Assembly (NCBI GenBank): GCA_964202905.1
Contig: CAXNJO010000002.1
Coordinates: forward strand, 416,001 to 480,000
Source of the DNA: Polyangiales bacterium
GTDB lineage: Bacteria > Myxococcota_A > Polyangia > Polyangiales > JADJQN01
Length of the DNA stretch: 64,000 nucleotides
Direction of reading: 5' to 3'
Positions 49,737-58,965 of the stretch are shown here, in pieces (the first letter of the stretch is position 1; every line of letters starts with the position of its first letter). Both the position numbers and the translations under genes were made by a program. The notes under the pieces were generated by a model. The model was given only the letters and a program-made list of their open reading frames with translations, was not told the DNA's origin and made no database searches.

Positions 49737-50378
49737 TCAGCCGTCGATCTTTGCGCGGATTTTACGGTTCAAAGCGTTGAACGCGTTCTTGTAGTCGAAC
49801 CAGCCGCGCGCGATCTTCTGGATCGGCTCGCCCGACGTCTCCGCGTCGTACTCGGTGCCCGACGCGTCGAGGAAGGCGATGTACTCGCTCACGCCGCTGC
49901 GGAGCGCATCCGAGGCGGCCGACACGGCGCGCACGTCCTCCTGCAGGTCCACCGGGGGCAGCAGCACCGCGTACTTGTCGTGCATCTCGCCGAGCCGCGG
50001 CATGCAGCGGTCTCGCACGAGCGCACCGAAGCGCGGACCACCGCGGCCCGCGCGCTGGTCGAGCGCGTTCTTCAGGTCCGTGTTGTTCCGCAGGCGCTCG
50101 TACGCGTTGCCCGACTGCAGCGCGCACTCCCAGAACTTCAACCATTGGTCGTTGTGCAGCGCGTTCACGGACTTGCCGAACTCGCGGTACACCGCCGCCT
50201 CGTCCCCCCGCGTCAAGTACCAGCCGAGCCCGCCGACGACGGCGAGCACGGCGACGACCATGACGGCCAGCATCGGGCCCTTGCCGGAGCGCATCGCGCG
50301 CTCCTCGTCCTCGAGCGAGGGCCCTCCGAGCGGGCTGCCGAGCGGGCTACCGAGGGGGCTGTTCGCAGGTTCCGCCAT
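49737..50378 (-). CDS. Hypothetical single-pass membrane protein
   Basis: SPLG x3 at the N-terminus, one TM, helical domain with two Cys; host-like codon usage. Confidence 0.75.
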   Translation of the reverse strand: MAEPANSPLGSPLGSPLGGPSLEDEERAMRSGKGPMLAVMVVAVLAVVGGLGWYLTRGDEAAVYREFGKSVNALHNDQWLKFWECALQSGNAYERLRNNTDLKNALDQRAGRGGPRFGALVRDRCMPRLGEMHDKYAVLLPPVDLQEDVRAVSAASDALRSGVSEYIAFLDASGTEYDAETSGEPIQKIARGWFDYKNAFNALNRKIRAKIDG

Positions 50379-50414
50379 GATTCCGGGCCTCCGGCGGGCC
50401 GCATCGGGCCCGCG

Positions 50415-52136
50415 TCACTCGTTGAGGTTCAGGCGGAACCCGCCGCCGCCTCCGGCCCCGGGCCCGCCGAGGCGGAGTGTCGACGGGTCGCCGCCGCGAA
50501 GCAAGGGCTCGCTGTCCCCGCCCTCCCCGCCGAGCAGCGCCGGGCCGTCGTCGCCCTCCCCGCCGCCGAGCAGCCGCGATCCGCCGCCGAGCTGCAGCGC
50601 GCCCGGGTCCCCGGCGGGCGCGCCGTCGTCCTCGTCGAGCGCCTCCGCCTCGTCGTCCGCGAGCGGATCGGCCTCGAGCGCGGTCGGGCCGAGCACGCGC
50701 CCGATGAGGGTGCGGACCCCGTCGCGCTGGGCCTCCGGCGCCGCCTCGAGCGCACGCTGCGCCTCGCGACGCATGTCGCCGTAGCGGTTCGCCTGCTTGT
50801 AGATCCGCGCGAGCATGAGGCGCCCCTGCACGTCCTCCGGGCGGCGCGCGACGCCCTGCTCGGCGTAGGCGATCGCCTCGTCGACCTCGCCCTCGGCGAG
50901 GTGGTAGTTCGCGAACAACATCGGGAGCGTGTGCAGATCCGGGTCGAGGCGCTTCGCGAGCTCGAGCTCGCGGAGGGCCTCTTCCGTCTCGCCGCTCTGG
51001 AGGTGGATGGCCGCGAGCGTGCCGTGCGCACCCGCGAAGTCCGGCGAGGCCTGCAGCGCCGCGCCGACCTCGCGCAACGCGCGCTCGACGTCGCCCTTCA
51101 CGAGGAAGATCCCCGCGAGGTTGTTGCGGCGCGGCGCGTCCGGCCGCACCTCGACGGCGGCCTCGAACTCGCGCACGCCCTCCTCGACGCCGCCCGAGGC
51201 GATGAGGATCGCGCCGCGCGCGCCGTGCACCGCGGCCGAGCGCGGCGCGAGCCTGAGCGCGTTCGTCGAATCCGCGAACGCGCGCTGCGCGTCCCCCTCG
51301 CGCACGAGGCGGTGCACGGCCCGCGCGTTGACCACGGCGCCGAGCGCCTCGACGTCGGTGAGCACGCGGTACTCACCCTCGACGGGCGCGGTGCTGCGGC
51401 CAAGCCAGGGGTCGAGCAGCGTCGGCGTCCCCGCGCCGGGCGCGCTGGGATAGACCGCGACGACGAAGTAGCCGAGATGCCCCGACGGGTCGGGCGGGGC
51501 CTGATCCCCCGGGAAGGAGAAGGCCTCCGCGAGCATCGCGTCGACGCCCTCCGACCGCAGCGCCGCGACGGCGACCGCGGCGACCTCGATCGGGTACATC
51601 TTCGAGCGCGCGTCGTCGCGCGTCATCAACTCGTAGGCGCGTGCCGCGACGCGCGGCGGCGTGTCGCGCGGCTCGGTGAGCGACCACGGCGCGAAGGCCT
51701 TCTTCGCGGCCCGCGCGCGGATCGCCGCGACGACGCCACGCGCCTTGTCCACGGGCCCGTCCTTGCCGCGGACCGCGGCCTCCGCGAACGACTCGAGCGC
51801 GTCGTCGGCCTCGAGCAACGCGAGGTGATCGCGGACGTCGGCGCGGGTCTTGCGCGCGTACCCCGCGAGCTCCGAGGCCGAGAGCGGGCGCAGCGGCGCG
51901 TCTCCCTCGACGGCGTCCGGCGTCCGACGCGCCCACCACGCCCAGCCTCCCGCGGCGAGCCCGAGCACGGCGACGATGGCCACCGGGAGCACCCAGCGCG
52001 GCGTCTCCTTCGCGGGCGCCTTCTTCGGGGTGCCGAGCCGCTCGATGCCGTGCACGCGCATGCACTTCGGGCAGCGCGGCTTCGCGTCGTCGGAGTCGAA
52101 GCGGTGATCGCAATGGACGCAGAGGTAGCGGGGCAT
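50415..52136 (-). CDS. Zinc ribbon - TM - transglutaminase-like - TPR protein
   Basis: CVHC...CPKC, TM helix, AALRSEGVDA...LLDP segment, then about six TPRs and an acidic Gly-rich tail. Confidence 0.78.
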   Translation of the reverse strand: MPRYLCVHCDHRFDSDDAKPRCPKCMRVHGIERLGTPKKAPAKETPRWVLPVAIVAVLGLAAGGWAWWARRTPDAVEGDAPLRPLSASELAGYARKTRADVRDHLALLEADDALESFAEAAVRGKDGPVDKARGVVAAIRARAAKKAFAPWSLTEPRDTPPRVAARAYELMTRDDARSKMYPIEVAAVAVAALRSEGVDAMLAEAFSFPGDQAPPDPSGHLGYFVVAVYPSAPGAGTPTLLDPWLGRSTAPVEGEYRVLTDVEALGAVVNARAVHRLVREGDAQRAFADSTNALRLAPRSAAVHGARGAILIASGGVEEGVREFEAAVEVRPDAPRRNNLAGIFLVKGDVERALREVGAALQASPDFAGAHGTLAAIHLQSGETEEALRELELAKRLDPDLHTLPMLFANYHLAEGEVDEAIAYAEQGVARRPEDVQGRLMLARIYKQANRYGDMRREAQRALEAAPEAQRDGVRTLIGRVLGPTALEADPLADDEAEALDEDDGAPAGDPGALQLGGGSRLLGGGEGDDGPALLGGEGGDSEPLLRGGDPSTLRLGGPGAGGGGGFRLNLNE

Positions 52137-52192
52137 GGGCGCGCACGACGTACCGGACGCACCCCGGCGGCGCAAGCGCCCCCCGTTTGCGC

Positions 52193-52834
52193 TCAGCCCG
52201 CGACGCTCGCCGCGATCACGAGCTGTCCGCCGAAGTAGAGCGGCAGTCCCCACGCGCGGTTGACGAACGCGTGCGCCACGAAGCGATCCCGCGCGACGGC
52301 GAGATCCGACGCGTAGAACATCAGCGCGCCGACGAGCCCGACGACCCCGCCGCCACGTCCGCTCGCGCCGACCGCGCACGCGACCATCGCCGAGATGACG
52401 AGGACGTAGGCCGCGACCGGCCCTCGCATGGACTTCTCGACGTGCGGCGCGAGCCAGCGCAGCGCGAGCCCGCTCGACAGCAGCACGAGCGGCAGCGCGA
52501 CGAGCAGCCGCGTCATGTCCGGGTCGCGCACGACGAAGGCGACCACGAAGGCGACGTGCCCGAGCAGGAACGCCACGAGCCCGCCGAGGAACGTCTTCGC
52601 CGACTTCGGGATGAGCAGCAGGTCGCCAACGAGCGAGAGCACGAGCCCCGCGAGCACGACCTGCCCGTACGTCGAGTCGAGCGCGCCCGCGCCGAGCGCG
52701 GCGATCACGAAGCCGAGCGCCGCGAGCGGCTTGGTCGCCCACTTGCCCGCCTGCGAGCCGCGCCATTCGGCCGCCATCAGGCCGGCCGTGCACGCGGTCG
52801 TCAGGGCGCAGCCGGTCGCGAAGAGTGAAGACAT
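52193..52834 (-). CDS. YhhN/TMEM86 lysoplasmalogenase family membrane protein
   Basis: TKPL, LSLVGDLLL, GLVAFLLGHVAF, FYASDLAVA.DRF, LYFGGQ. Confidence 0.88.
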   Translation of the reverse strand: MSSLFATGCALTTACTAGLMAAEWRGSQAGKWATKPLAALGFVIAALGAGALDSTYGQVVLAGLVLSLVGDLLLIPKSAKTFLGGLVAFLLGHVAFVVAFVVRDPDMTRLLVALPLVLLSSGLALRWLAPHVEKSMRGPVAAYVLVISAMVACAVGASGRGGGVVGLVGALMFYASDLAVARDRFVAHAFVNRAWGLPLYFGGQLVIAASVAG

Positions 52835-52896
52835 GCGGGCGCGAGCATACCTGCGCCGTGATAGCGTGCGGGGCCGCATTTCCCCGAGGAGTTCCC

Positions 52897-55188
52897 GTGT
52901 CGACAACCTCCCCGCTCCGCCTCGCGCTCGCCTTCGCATCCGTCCTCGCCCTCGCGGCCTGCGCCGGCAACGCGACGCCGCCCCCGGGGCGCCCGGATGG
53001 CGGTGGCATCGGAGACGGCGGCGCGCGCGACGGCGGCGGCGCCTGCGCGACGAACGCCGACTGCACGGACGACGGCATCTTCTGCAACGGCGGCGTGCTG
53101 TGCCGCGAGGGCGCCTGCACGACGACGCCCCCGCCGACGTGCAGCGACTCCATCGCGTGCACGCGCGACCTGTGCCTGACCGCCACCGACGCCTGCCAGA
53201 ACACCCCCGATGACGCGCTCTGCCCGATGGGCACGGTCTGCGAGCCCGGCGCGGGCTGCGCGACCCCCGCCGCGTGCGAGTTCGACGCCGACTGCACGGG
53301 CGACGGCGTCTTCTGCAACGGCGACGAGGTCTGCGTCGGGGCGATGTGCGTCTCGCCCGGCATGCGCAGCTGCGACGACACCGACTCCTGCACCGTCGAC
53401 GAGTGCGCCGAGTCGATGGGCCGCTGCGCGAACACGCTCGGCGATCACCGCAACGACCCGCTGCGCTGCGGCCCGACGGGCGCGAACGACTGCGTCGTCT
53501 GCCCCGCGCCGACGGCCGATCAGGTCAACACCTCCGCGTCGTGCAGCGTCGGCCTGTGCAGCCTCGCGTGCGCGACGGGCTTCGCCGACGCGGACCGCAA
53601 TGTCGCGAACGGCTGCGAGTGCGCGATTGGCGTCGGCACCGACGTGCCCGACGGAACGTACGCGGACAACGACTGCGACGGGATCGACGGCGACCGCGAG
53701 GCGGGGCTGCTCGTCTCGAACACGCTCGGCGCCGACACCGCGGACTGCGGCCTCGACTTCGCGACGCCCTGCCAGACCATCGCCTTCGCGACGACGCGCA
53801 CCTTCGCCGCGCGCCGCTTCGATCTCTTCGTGATGGCGGGCACCTACGACGAGGTCGTCGTGCTCTCGAGCGGCATGCGGGTCTTCGGCGGCTACGACAC
53901 CACGTGGCGCCGCGGCGCGCGCAGCGACAGCGCGCACCGCACCGTGATCCGCGGCGCGCTCGACGCGCCGTCCGGCCAGTACCTCACGGTCAAGGCGCGC
54001 AACCTCGTCGTCGAGTCCGTGCTCGAGAACCTCGTCCTCGTCGGCCCCGCCGCGAGCGGCACGGTGATGGGCGCCGGCAACGGTGCGTACGTCATCTACG
54101 CGGAGTCGGCCTCGGCGCTGCGCCTCGAGCGCGTGACGCTCCAGGCCGGCCCCGGCGCGCCCGGCGCCGACGGGACGAACGGCGACGACGCGGCGAGCCT
54201 CGCCGTGGCAGCGGGCGGCAGCCGGGGCGGGAACGGCGACGAGTACGACAGCGTCTGCGACACCTCGTCGCGGGGCGCCGGCGGCGGCGCCGGCACCAAC
54301 AGCTGCCCCGACGGCGCCGCGGTCCATGGCGGCGCAGGCGGCGCGGGCGGCACGATGGACACCTCGTGCGGCTTCAGCGGGAGCTGCGTCCTCAGCGGAA
54401 ACTGCGCGGCGCGGAGCGGTGACAGCGGCGCGGCCGCGGCGTTCCGCGCGGGCGCGTTCGGCGCGCCGGGCGGCGGCGCCGGGACGTGCAGCGGCAGCGC
54501 GGGTGCCGGTGGCCCGGGCCGCATCGCGAACGGAGCCGGCGGCGCGGGCGCAGGAGCGCGCGCGGCCTGCTCGTCTCGTCCTTCTGGTACGGCGCCTCGG
54601 GCGGGAGCGGGGCGTCGGCGAGAACGGCGGCGGAGGCGGTGGCGGAGGCGGCGGTGGCGGCTGCGACAACGGCATCGACTCGTACGGCGTCGGCGGCGGC
54701 GGCGGCGGCGCGGGCGGCTGTCGGGCGCGGGGCGCGGGCACGGGCGGCGGCGCGGGCGGCGGCAGCTTCGGCGTGGTCGTCGTCAGCAACTCGACCATCA
54801 CCGCGACCGACTGCGACGTGCTCCGCGCGAACGGCGGCGCGGGCGGACGCGGCGGCAGCAGCGGGCGCGGTCGGCCGGGCGGCTCCGCGGGCGCCCCGGC
54901 ACGCCCGAAGACTCGAGCGAGGGCGGTGCCGGCGGGACAGGCGGCCACGGCGGGCACGGCGGCGGCGGCGGCGGCGGCGCGGGCGGCGTCTCCTACGGCT
55001 TCTTCTCGCTGCGCTCGACCGTCACGCAGAGCTGCGCGTTCCTCTCGGGTGCGGGCGGCGCGGGCGGCGCCGGCGGGGCCCATGCGCCCTCGGCGCCCAC
55101 CCCCGAGCGCGATGGCAACGACGGCACGGCCGGCGTGACCGGCGCAATCGGCGACGTGCTCGTCTGCGCCGCGGCGACGGGCTGCTGA
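52897..55188 (+). CDS. Cys-rich / Gly-rich surface lipoprotein, compensated frameshifts
   Basis: GAGGAG RBS, LALAAC lipobox, CxDGxFCNG repeats, [10 protein letters not shown], poly-Gly blocks. The true reading passes through alternate frames at about 54560-54905. Confidence 0.82.
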   Translation: MSTTSPLRLALAFASVLALAACAGNATPPPGRPDGGGIGDGGARDGGGACATNADCTDDGIFCNGGVLCREGACTTTPPPTCSDSIACTRDLCLTATDACQNTPDDALCPMGTVCEPGAGCATPAACEFDADCTGDGVFCNGDEVCVGAMCVSPGMRSCDDTDSCTVDECAESMGRCANTLGDHRNDPLRCGPTGANDCVVCPAPTADQVNTSASCSVGLCSLACATGFADADRNVANGCECAIGVGTDVPDGTYADNDCDGIDGDREAGLLVSNTLGADTADCGLDFATPCQTIAFATTRTFAARRFDLFVMAGTYDEVVVLSSGMRVFGGYDTTWRRGARSDSAHRTVIRGALDAPSGQYLTVKARNLVVESVLENLVLVGPAASGTVMGAGNGAYVIYAESASALRLERVTLQAGPGAPGADGTNGDDAASLAVAAGGSRGGNGDEYDSVCDTSSRGAGGGAGTNSCPDGAAVHGGAGGAGGTMDTSCGFSGSCVLSGNCAARSGDSGAAAAFRAGAFGAPGGGAGTCSGSAGAGGPGRIANGAGGAGAGARAACSSRPSGTAPRAGAGRRRERRRRRWRRRRWRLRQRHRLVRRRRRRRRRGRLSGAGRGHGRRRGRRQLRRGRRQQLDHHRDRLRRAPRERRRGRTRRQQRARSAGRLRGRPGTPEDSSEGGAGGTGGHGGHGGGGGGGAGGVSYGFFSLRSTVTQSCAFLSGAGGAGGAGGAHAPSAPTPERDGNDGTAGVTGAIGDVLVCAAATGC

Positions 55189-55216
55189 ACGCGGCCTCCG
55201 CGCAGCCGCGTCGCCA

Positions 55217-55279
55217 CTGAATGACCATTCAGCGCGACGCGCGCGACCGAATCACCATTCAGCGCGATGCGCGACGACC
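55217..55279. repeat. Imperfect 30-bp direct repeat containing a dyad
   Basis: gaatgaccattcagcgcgacgcgcgcgacc (55219) and gaatcaccattcagcgcgatgcgcgacgacc (55249); CTGAATG-AC-CATTCAG palindrome at 55217-55232. Confidence 0.8.
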
Positions 55280-55324
55280 GCGCTCAACGGCCGCGCGCAA
55301 CGACCGCGCGCGACGCGTACGCCG

Positions 55325-55984
55325 TCAGCCCTTCGCGAAGAGGCCGATCGGGCAGGTCACGCCCGTGCCGCCGATGCCGCAGTAGCCGTCCGGGTTCTTC
55401 GCGAGGTACTGCTGGTGGTAGTCCTCGGCGAAATAGAGCTCGGGGCGCGGGAGGATCTCGGTGGTGATGCGGCCGAAGCCCGAGGCGCGCAGCCGCTCCT
55501 GGTACGCGTCGCGTGACGCCTCGGCCCGCGCGCGCTCCTCGGCCGTCGCGAGGTAGAGGCCCGAGCGGTACTGCGTGCCGACGTCGTTGCCCTGCCGCAT
55601 GCCCTGCGCCGGATCGTGGTTCTCCCAGAAGACCTGCAGGAGCGCGTCGAAGGCGATCCGGCTCGGGTCGTACACGATCAGCGCGACCTCGTTGTGGCCC
55701 GTGCGGCCCGTGCAGACCTCGCGATACGTGGGGTTGGGCGTGAGCCCCGCGGCGTAGCCGACCGCCGTCGTGTAGACGCCGTCGAGCTTCCAGAAGATGC
55801 GCTCGACGCCCCAGAAACAGCCCATGCCGACGAGCAGCTCGGCGCTGCCTTCGGGGAAGGGGCCGACGAGCGGCGTCCCGAGCACGAAGTGCGACGCGGG
55901 GACGGGCATGCGCTCACTGCGGCCGGGCAGCGCCTGCGCGGCGGTTGGGATGCGGGCCTTCTCGGAGGAGGTGAAAAACGACAT
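55325..55984 (-). CDS. msrA: Peptide methionine sulfoxide reductase A
   Basis: [44 protein letters not shown]. Confidence 0.96.
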   Translation of the reverse strand: MSFFTSSEKARIPTAAQALPGRSERMPVPASHFVLGTPLVGPFPEGSAELLVGMGCFWGVERIFWKLDGVYTTAVGYAAGLTPNPTYREVCTGRTGHNEVALIVYDPSRIAFDALLQVFWENHDPAQGMRQGNDVGTQYRSGLYLATAEERARAEASRDAYQERLRASGFGRITTEILPRPELYFAEDYHQQYLAKNPDGYCGIGGTGVTCPIGLFAKG

Positions 55985-56061
55985 TCGCGGGAATCTCGGT
56001 CCGGCGGAGGCGCATGGGAAGGGGCATCTGCCGCGCCCGGCGACGCGAACCCGCGCCGGGG

Positions 56062-57549
56062 TCAGCCTGCGCGTCGGCGCCGCACGAGGATCGCTGCGCC
56101 GCCGACTGCCCAGAGGGCGAGGAGCGGCGCGGTCCCCCGGCCCCCGCCTGCGCGGCAGCCGCAACGCCCGACGAGCGGCGCGTCCACGCTGCCGTCGGCA
56201 CGATCGCGGCCCCCACCGTCGCGCACCGCGCCAGCGTCGGCGCCGCCATCGGGCACGCCCGCGTCAGGCGGCGGGTCTTCCCCGCAGCGCGCGAGGGTCG
56301 AAGACGTCTCGACGCAGCCCCCGGTACAGGCGCGCTCCGCATACGCGCCGAGCGTGCAGACGCCGAGCGTCGCGCCGTCGCGACAGAACGCGCCATCCTC
56401 TGCGCCGAGCTCGGCGTTGCACAGGAGATGGACGCAGTGCGCCTGCGCGGGCGGTCCCGCCTCGCTGCACGTCGCGCCGTACACGCCGCAGTCGCCCTCG
56501 CTGAGGCGGCCGAGCTCGCAGGTCCCGATGCGCGTCGCGTCGAGACAGAAGCCCCCCTGCTCGCCGCCCTCGAGGTTCGCGGGGCAGTACGGGTGCACGC
56601 AATGCGCGAGGCCGCCCGCCGTCGAACAGGGCGCGCCGAAGAAACCGCAGTCCCCCGCGAGCACGGGTGCGCCCTCGCTGCACGACGTCGCGACGGTGCC
56701 CTCGCACGCCTGGAAATTGCGGTCTCCGCGGCAGAGCGGATCGATGTAGTCGGGGCAGTGCGGGGCCGCGCCGCTGCCGCTCGCGTAGAACGCGAGGTGG
56801 TTGCCCACGGTGCGCTCGGAGCCGTCGGACGGCCGGTTCTTCACGGCGCCGTTCACCACCATCGTGGAACTGCCGCCCCCATCGAGCGCGACCGCGTCGT
56901 GGGCGCCCTCGAGCGCCATCACGAAGGCGAGCTCGTCACAGGTCATGCCGGCCGCGCCCGCGCGTCGACCGTCGACGACCATCACGATCAGCGTGCGGTG
57001 ATCCTCGGTGAGCCCGAGCACGGTGCGCGGGTTGCGGTTCGTGCAGAGCGGATCGCCCGGGCTCCCGACGACGGCGCCGCGGTGCAGGAGCGTCGGATGA
57101 CCGCTCACGATCTCGCGCGCCCACGGCGGCGGCGTGCCCTCGAGGCCGTGGAGCGGGAAGTCCACGTGCGCGGAGCCAAACGCGATCGGCGCGACGTAGG
57201 TGTGGTTCGGCCCGCCCCAGGTCGCGCCGTCGTGCGCGGAGGGGCCATCGGTGTTGAACGCGCCGTCGAGGCTGAAGAAATCGCCGTTGATCGCGGCCTG
57301 CGCGCCGACGTCCGACGCGAAGCGGCTCACCCGGCGCCCGCGCTCGCCCTCCGCCGTGCCACGCACGCTCACGCCCGCCGCGCAGAGGTCGAGCCGCAGC
57401 ACCCACAGATCCTGCCCGCCCTCGACGTGGTGCTTCAGCGTGCCGCCCGCGAACGGCGTCGTGATCTCGTCGTACGCGCGCGCCTCCGCGGCGAAGGACA
57501 GCCCGGCGACGAGACCGGCGACGACGATGGACGGCAGCGTGTGACGCAC
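56062..57549 (-). CDS. Phosphodiester glycosidase (NAGPA/DUF2233) with Cys-rich region and MYXO-CTERM
   Basis: Signal peptide; [31 protein letters not shown]-terminus GRCGCRAG...hydrophobic...RRRR. Confidence 0.9.
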   Translation of the reverse strand: MRHTLPSIVVAGLVAGLSFAAEARAYDEITTPFAGGTLKHHVEGGQDLWVLRLDLCAAGVSVRGTAEGERGRRVSRFASDVGAQAAINGDFFSLDGAFNTDGPSAHDGATWGGPNHTYVAPIAFGSAHVDFPLHGLEGTPPPWAREIVSGHPTLLHRGAVVGSPGDPLCTNRNPRTVLGLTEDHRTLIVMVVDGRRAGAAGMTCDELAFVMALEGAHDAVALDGGGSSTMVVNGAVKNRPSDGSERTVGNHLAFYASGSGAAPHCPDYIDPLCRGDRNFQACEGTVATSCSEGAPVLAGDCGFFGAPCSTAGGLAHCVHPYCPANLEGGEQGGFCLDATRIGTCELGRLSEGDCGVYGATCSEAGPPAQAHCVHLLCNAELGAEDGAFCRDGATLGVCTLGAYAERACTGGCVETSSTLARCGEDPPPDAGVPDGGADAGAVRDGGGRDRADGSVDAPLVGRCGCRAGGGRGTAPLLALWAVGGAAILVRRRRAG

Positions 57550-57664
57550 GCGCAACAGAATCGCGCTCCGGCCCCGATGTCAACGCGCGGCGTCCCGGCT
57601 GCGCCGGCCCGCGGCGACGGATCGGCGCCGACAGGCCCGAACGAGAAGCGCTAACGTCGCGCGC

Positions 57665-58915
57665 ATGGCGAACGGGAAGATCGCATTCGCGATGGTGGGG
57701 CTGCCGGCGCGCGGCAAGACGTACATGGCGCGCAAGATCGCGCGCTACCTCTCGTGGCTCGGCCACGACACGCGCGTCTTCAACGTCGGCAGCTACCGTC
57801 GCAACCGCATCGGGGCGCGGCAGACGCACGAGTTCTTCGACCCCGAGAATCCATCGGGCGCCGAGGCGCGTCGGCAGCTCGCGCTCGCGGCGCTCGACGA
57901 CATGCTCGGCTGGCTGCGCTCGGGCGGCGACGTCGCCATCTACGACGCCACGAACAGCTCGCGCGCGCGACGCGACCTGCTGCGCGCGGCCTGCGCGGAG
58001 CGCGGCGTCGAGCTCGTCTTCGTCGAGTCGGTCTGCGACGACGCCACGATCGTCGACGCCAACGTGCGCCTCACCAAGGCGCGCTCGCCCGATTACGCCG
58101 ACGTCGACGCCGACACCGCCGTGCGCGACTTCCTCGCGCGCATCCACCACTACGAGCACAGCTACCAGACGGTGAGCGACGACGAGGGCGCGTACGTCCG
58201 CGTGATCGACGTCGGGCGCAAGGTCGAGGCCCACCGCATCCGCGGCTCGATCGCGGCGCGGGTCGTGTACTTCCTGCTCAACCTGCACATCCAGCCCCGC
58301 AGCTTCTGGCTCACGCGACACGGCGAGAGCGAGGCGAACGTCCTCGGCGCGATCGGCGGCGACACGGGCCTCAGCCTTCGCGGCCAGGGCTACGCCGACG
58401 CGCTCGCGGAGTTCGTGCACGCGCGTGTCGCGCCGGGCGGCTCCCCCCTCGTCGTCTGGACGAGCACCCTGCAGCGCACCATCGCGACCGCCGCGCCGCT
58501 CGGCCTGCCGACGACGCGCTGGAAGGCGCTCGACGAGATCGACGCGGGCCGCTGCGATGGGATGACCTACGCCGAGATCGCCGGGCAGATGCCCGAGGAG
58601 TGGGCCGCACGGCAGACGGACAAGTTCCGCTACCGCTACCCGCGCGGCGAGTCCTACGAGGACGTCATCACCCGCCTCGAGCCGATCCTCCTCGGCCTCG
58701 AGCGCGAGCGAACGCCCGTGCTCGTCGTCGCGCATCAGGCCGTCATCCGCGCGCTCTACGCCTACCTGCTCGATCGGCCCGCCGCCGAGTGCCCGCGCAT
58801 CGACGTGCCGCTGCACACCGTGCTCGAGCTGACGCCGACGGCCTACGGCTGCGACGAGAAGCGCTGGCCGCTCGCGCCCTCCCCGCTCGATCAGGAGGGC
58901 TTTCGCGCGGTGTGA
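57665..58915 (+). CDS. Bifunctional 6-phosphofructo-2-kinase / fructose-2,6-bisphosphatase (PFKFB-like)
   Basis: MVGLPARGKT, FNVGSYRR, YDATN, SPDY; RHGES, WTSTLQRT, LDEIDAG, YPRGESY, AHQAV, PLHTV. Confidence 0.95.
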   Translation: MANGKIAFAMVGLPARGKTYMARKIARYLSWLGHDTRVFNVGSYRRNRIGARQTHEFFDPENPSGAEARRQLALAALDDMLGWLRSGGDVAIYDATNSSRARRDLLRAACAERGVELVFVESVCDDATIVDANVRLTKARSPDYADVDADTAVRDFLARIHHYEHSYQTVSDDEGAYVRVIDVGRKVEAHRIRGSIAARVVYFLLNLHIQPRSFWLTRHGESEANVLGAIGGDTGLSLRGQGYADALAEFVHARVAPGGSPLVVWTSTLQRTIATAAPLGLPTTRWKALDEIDAGRCDGMTYAEIAGQMPEEWAARQTDKFRYRYPRGESYEDVITRLEPILLGLERERTPVLVVAHQAVIRALYAYLLDRPAAECPRIDVPLHTVLELTPTAYGCDEKRWPLAPSPLDQEGFRAV

Positions 58916-58965
58916 GCGAGACGCGCTGCGCGTTTCCAGGGACGCGCGGCCTCCCGTGCCGCGAT

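Noticed and set aside
57665..58915. Eukaryotic contamination as the source of the PFKFB-like gene
   Set aside because: No introns, host-like codon usage, a bacterial -10 box and seamless myxobacterial flanks.
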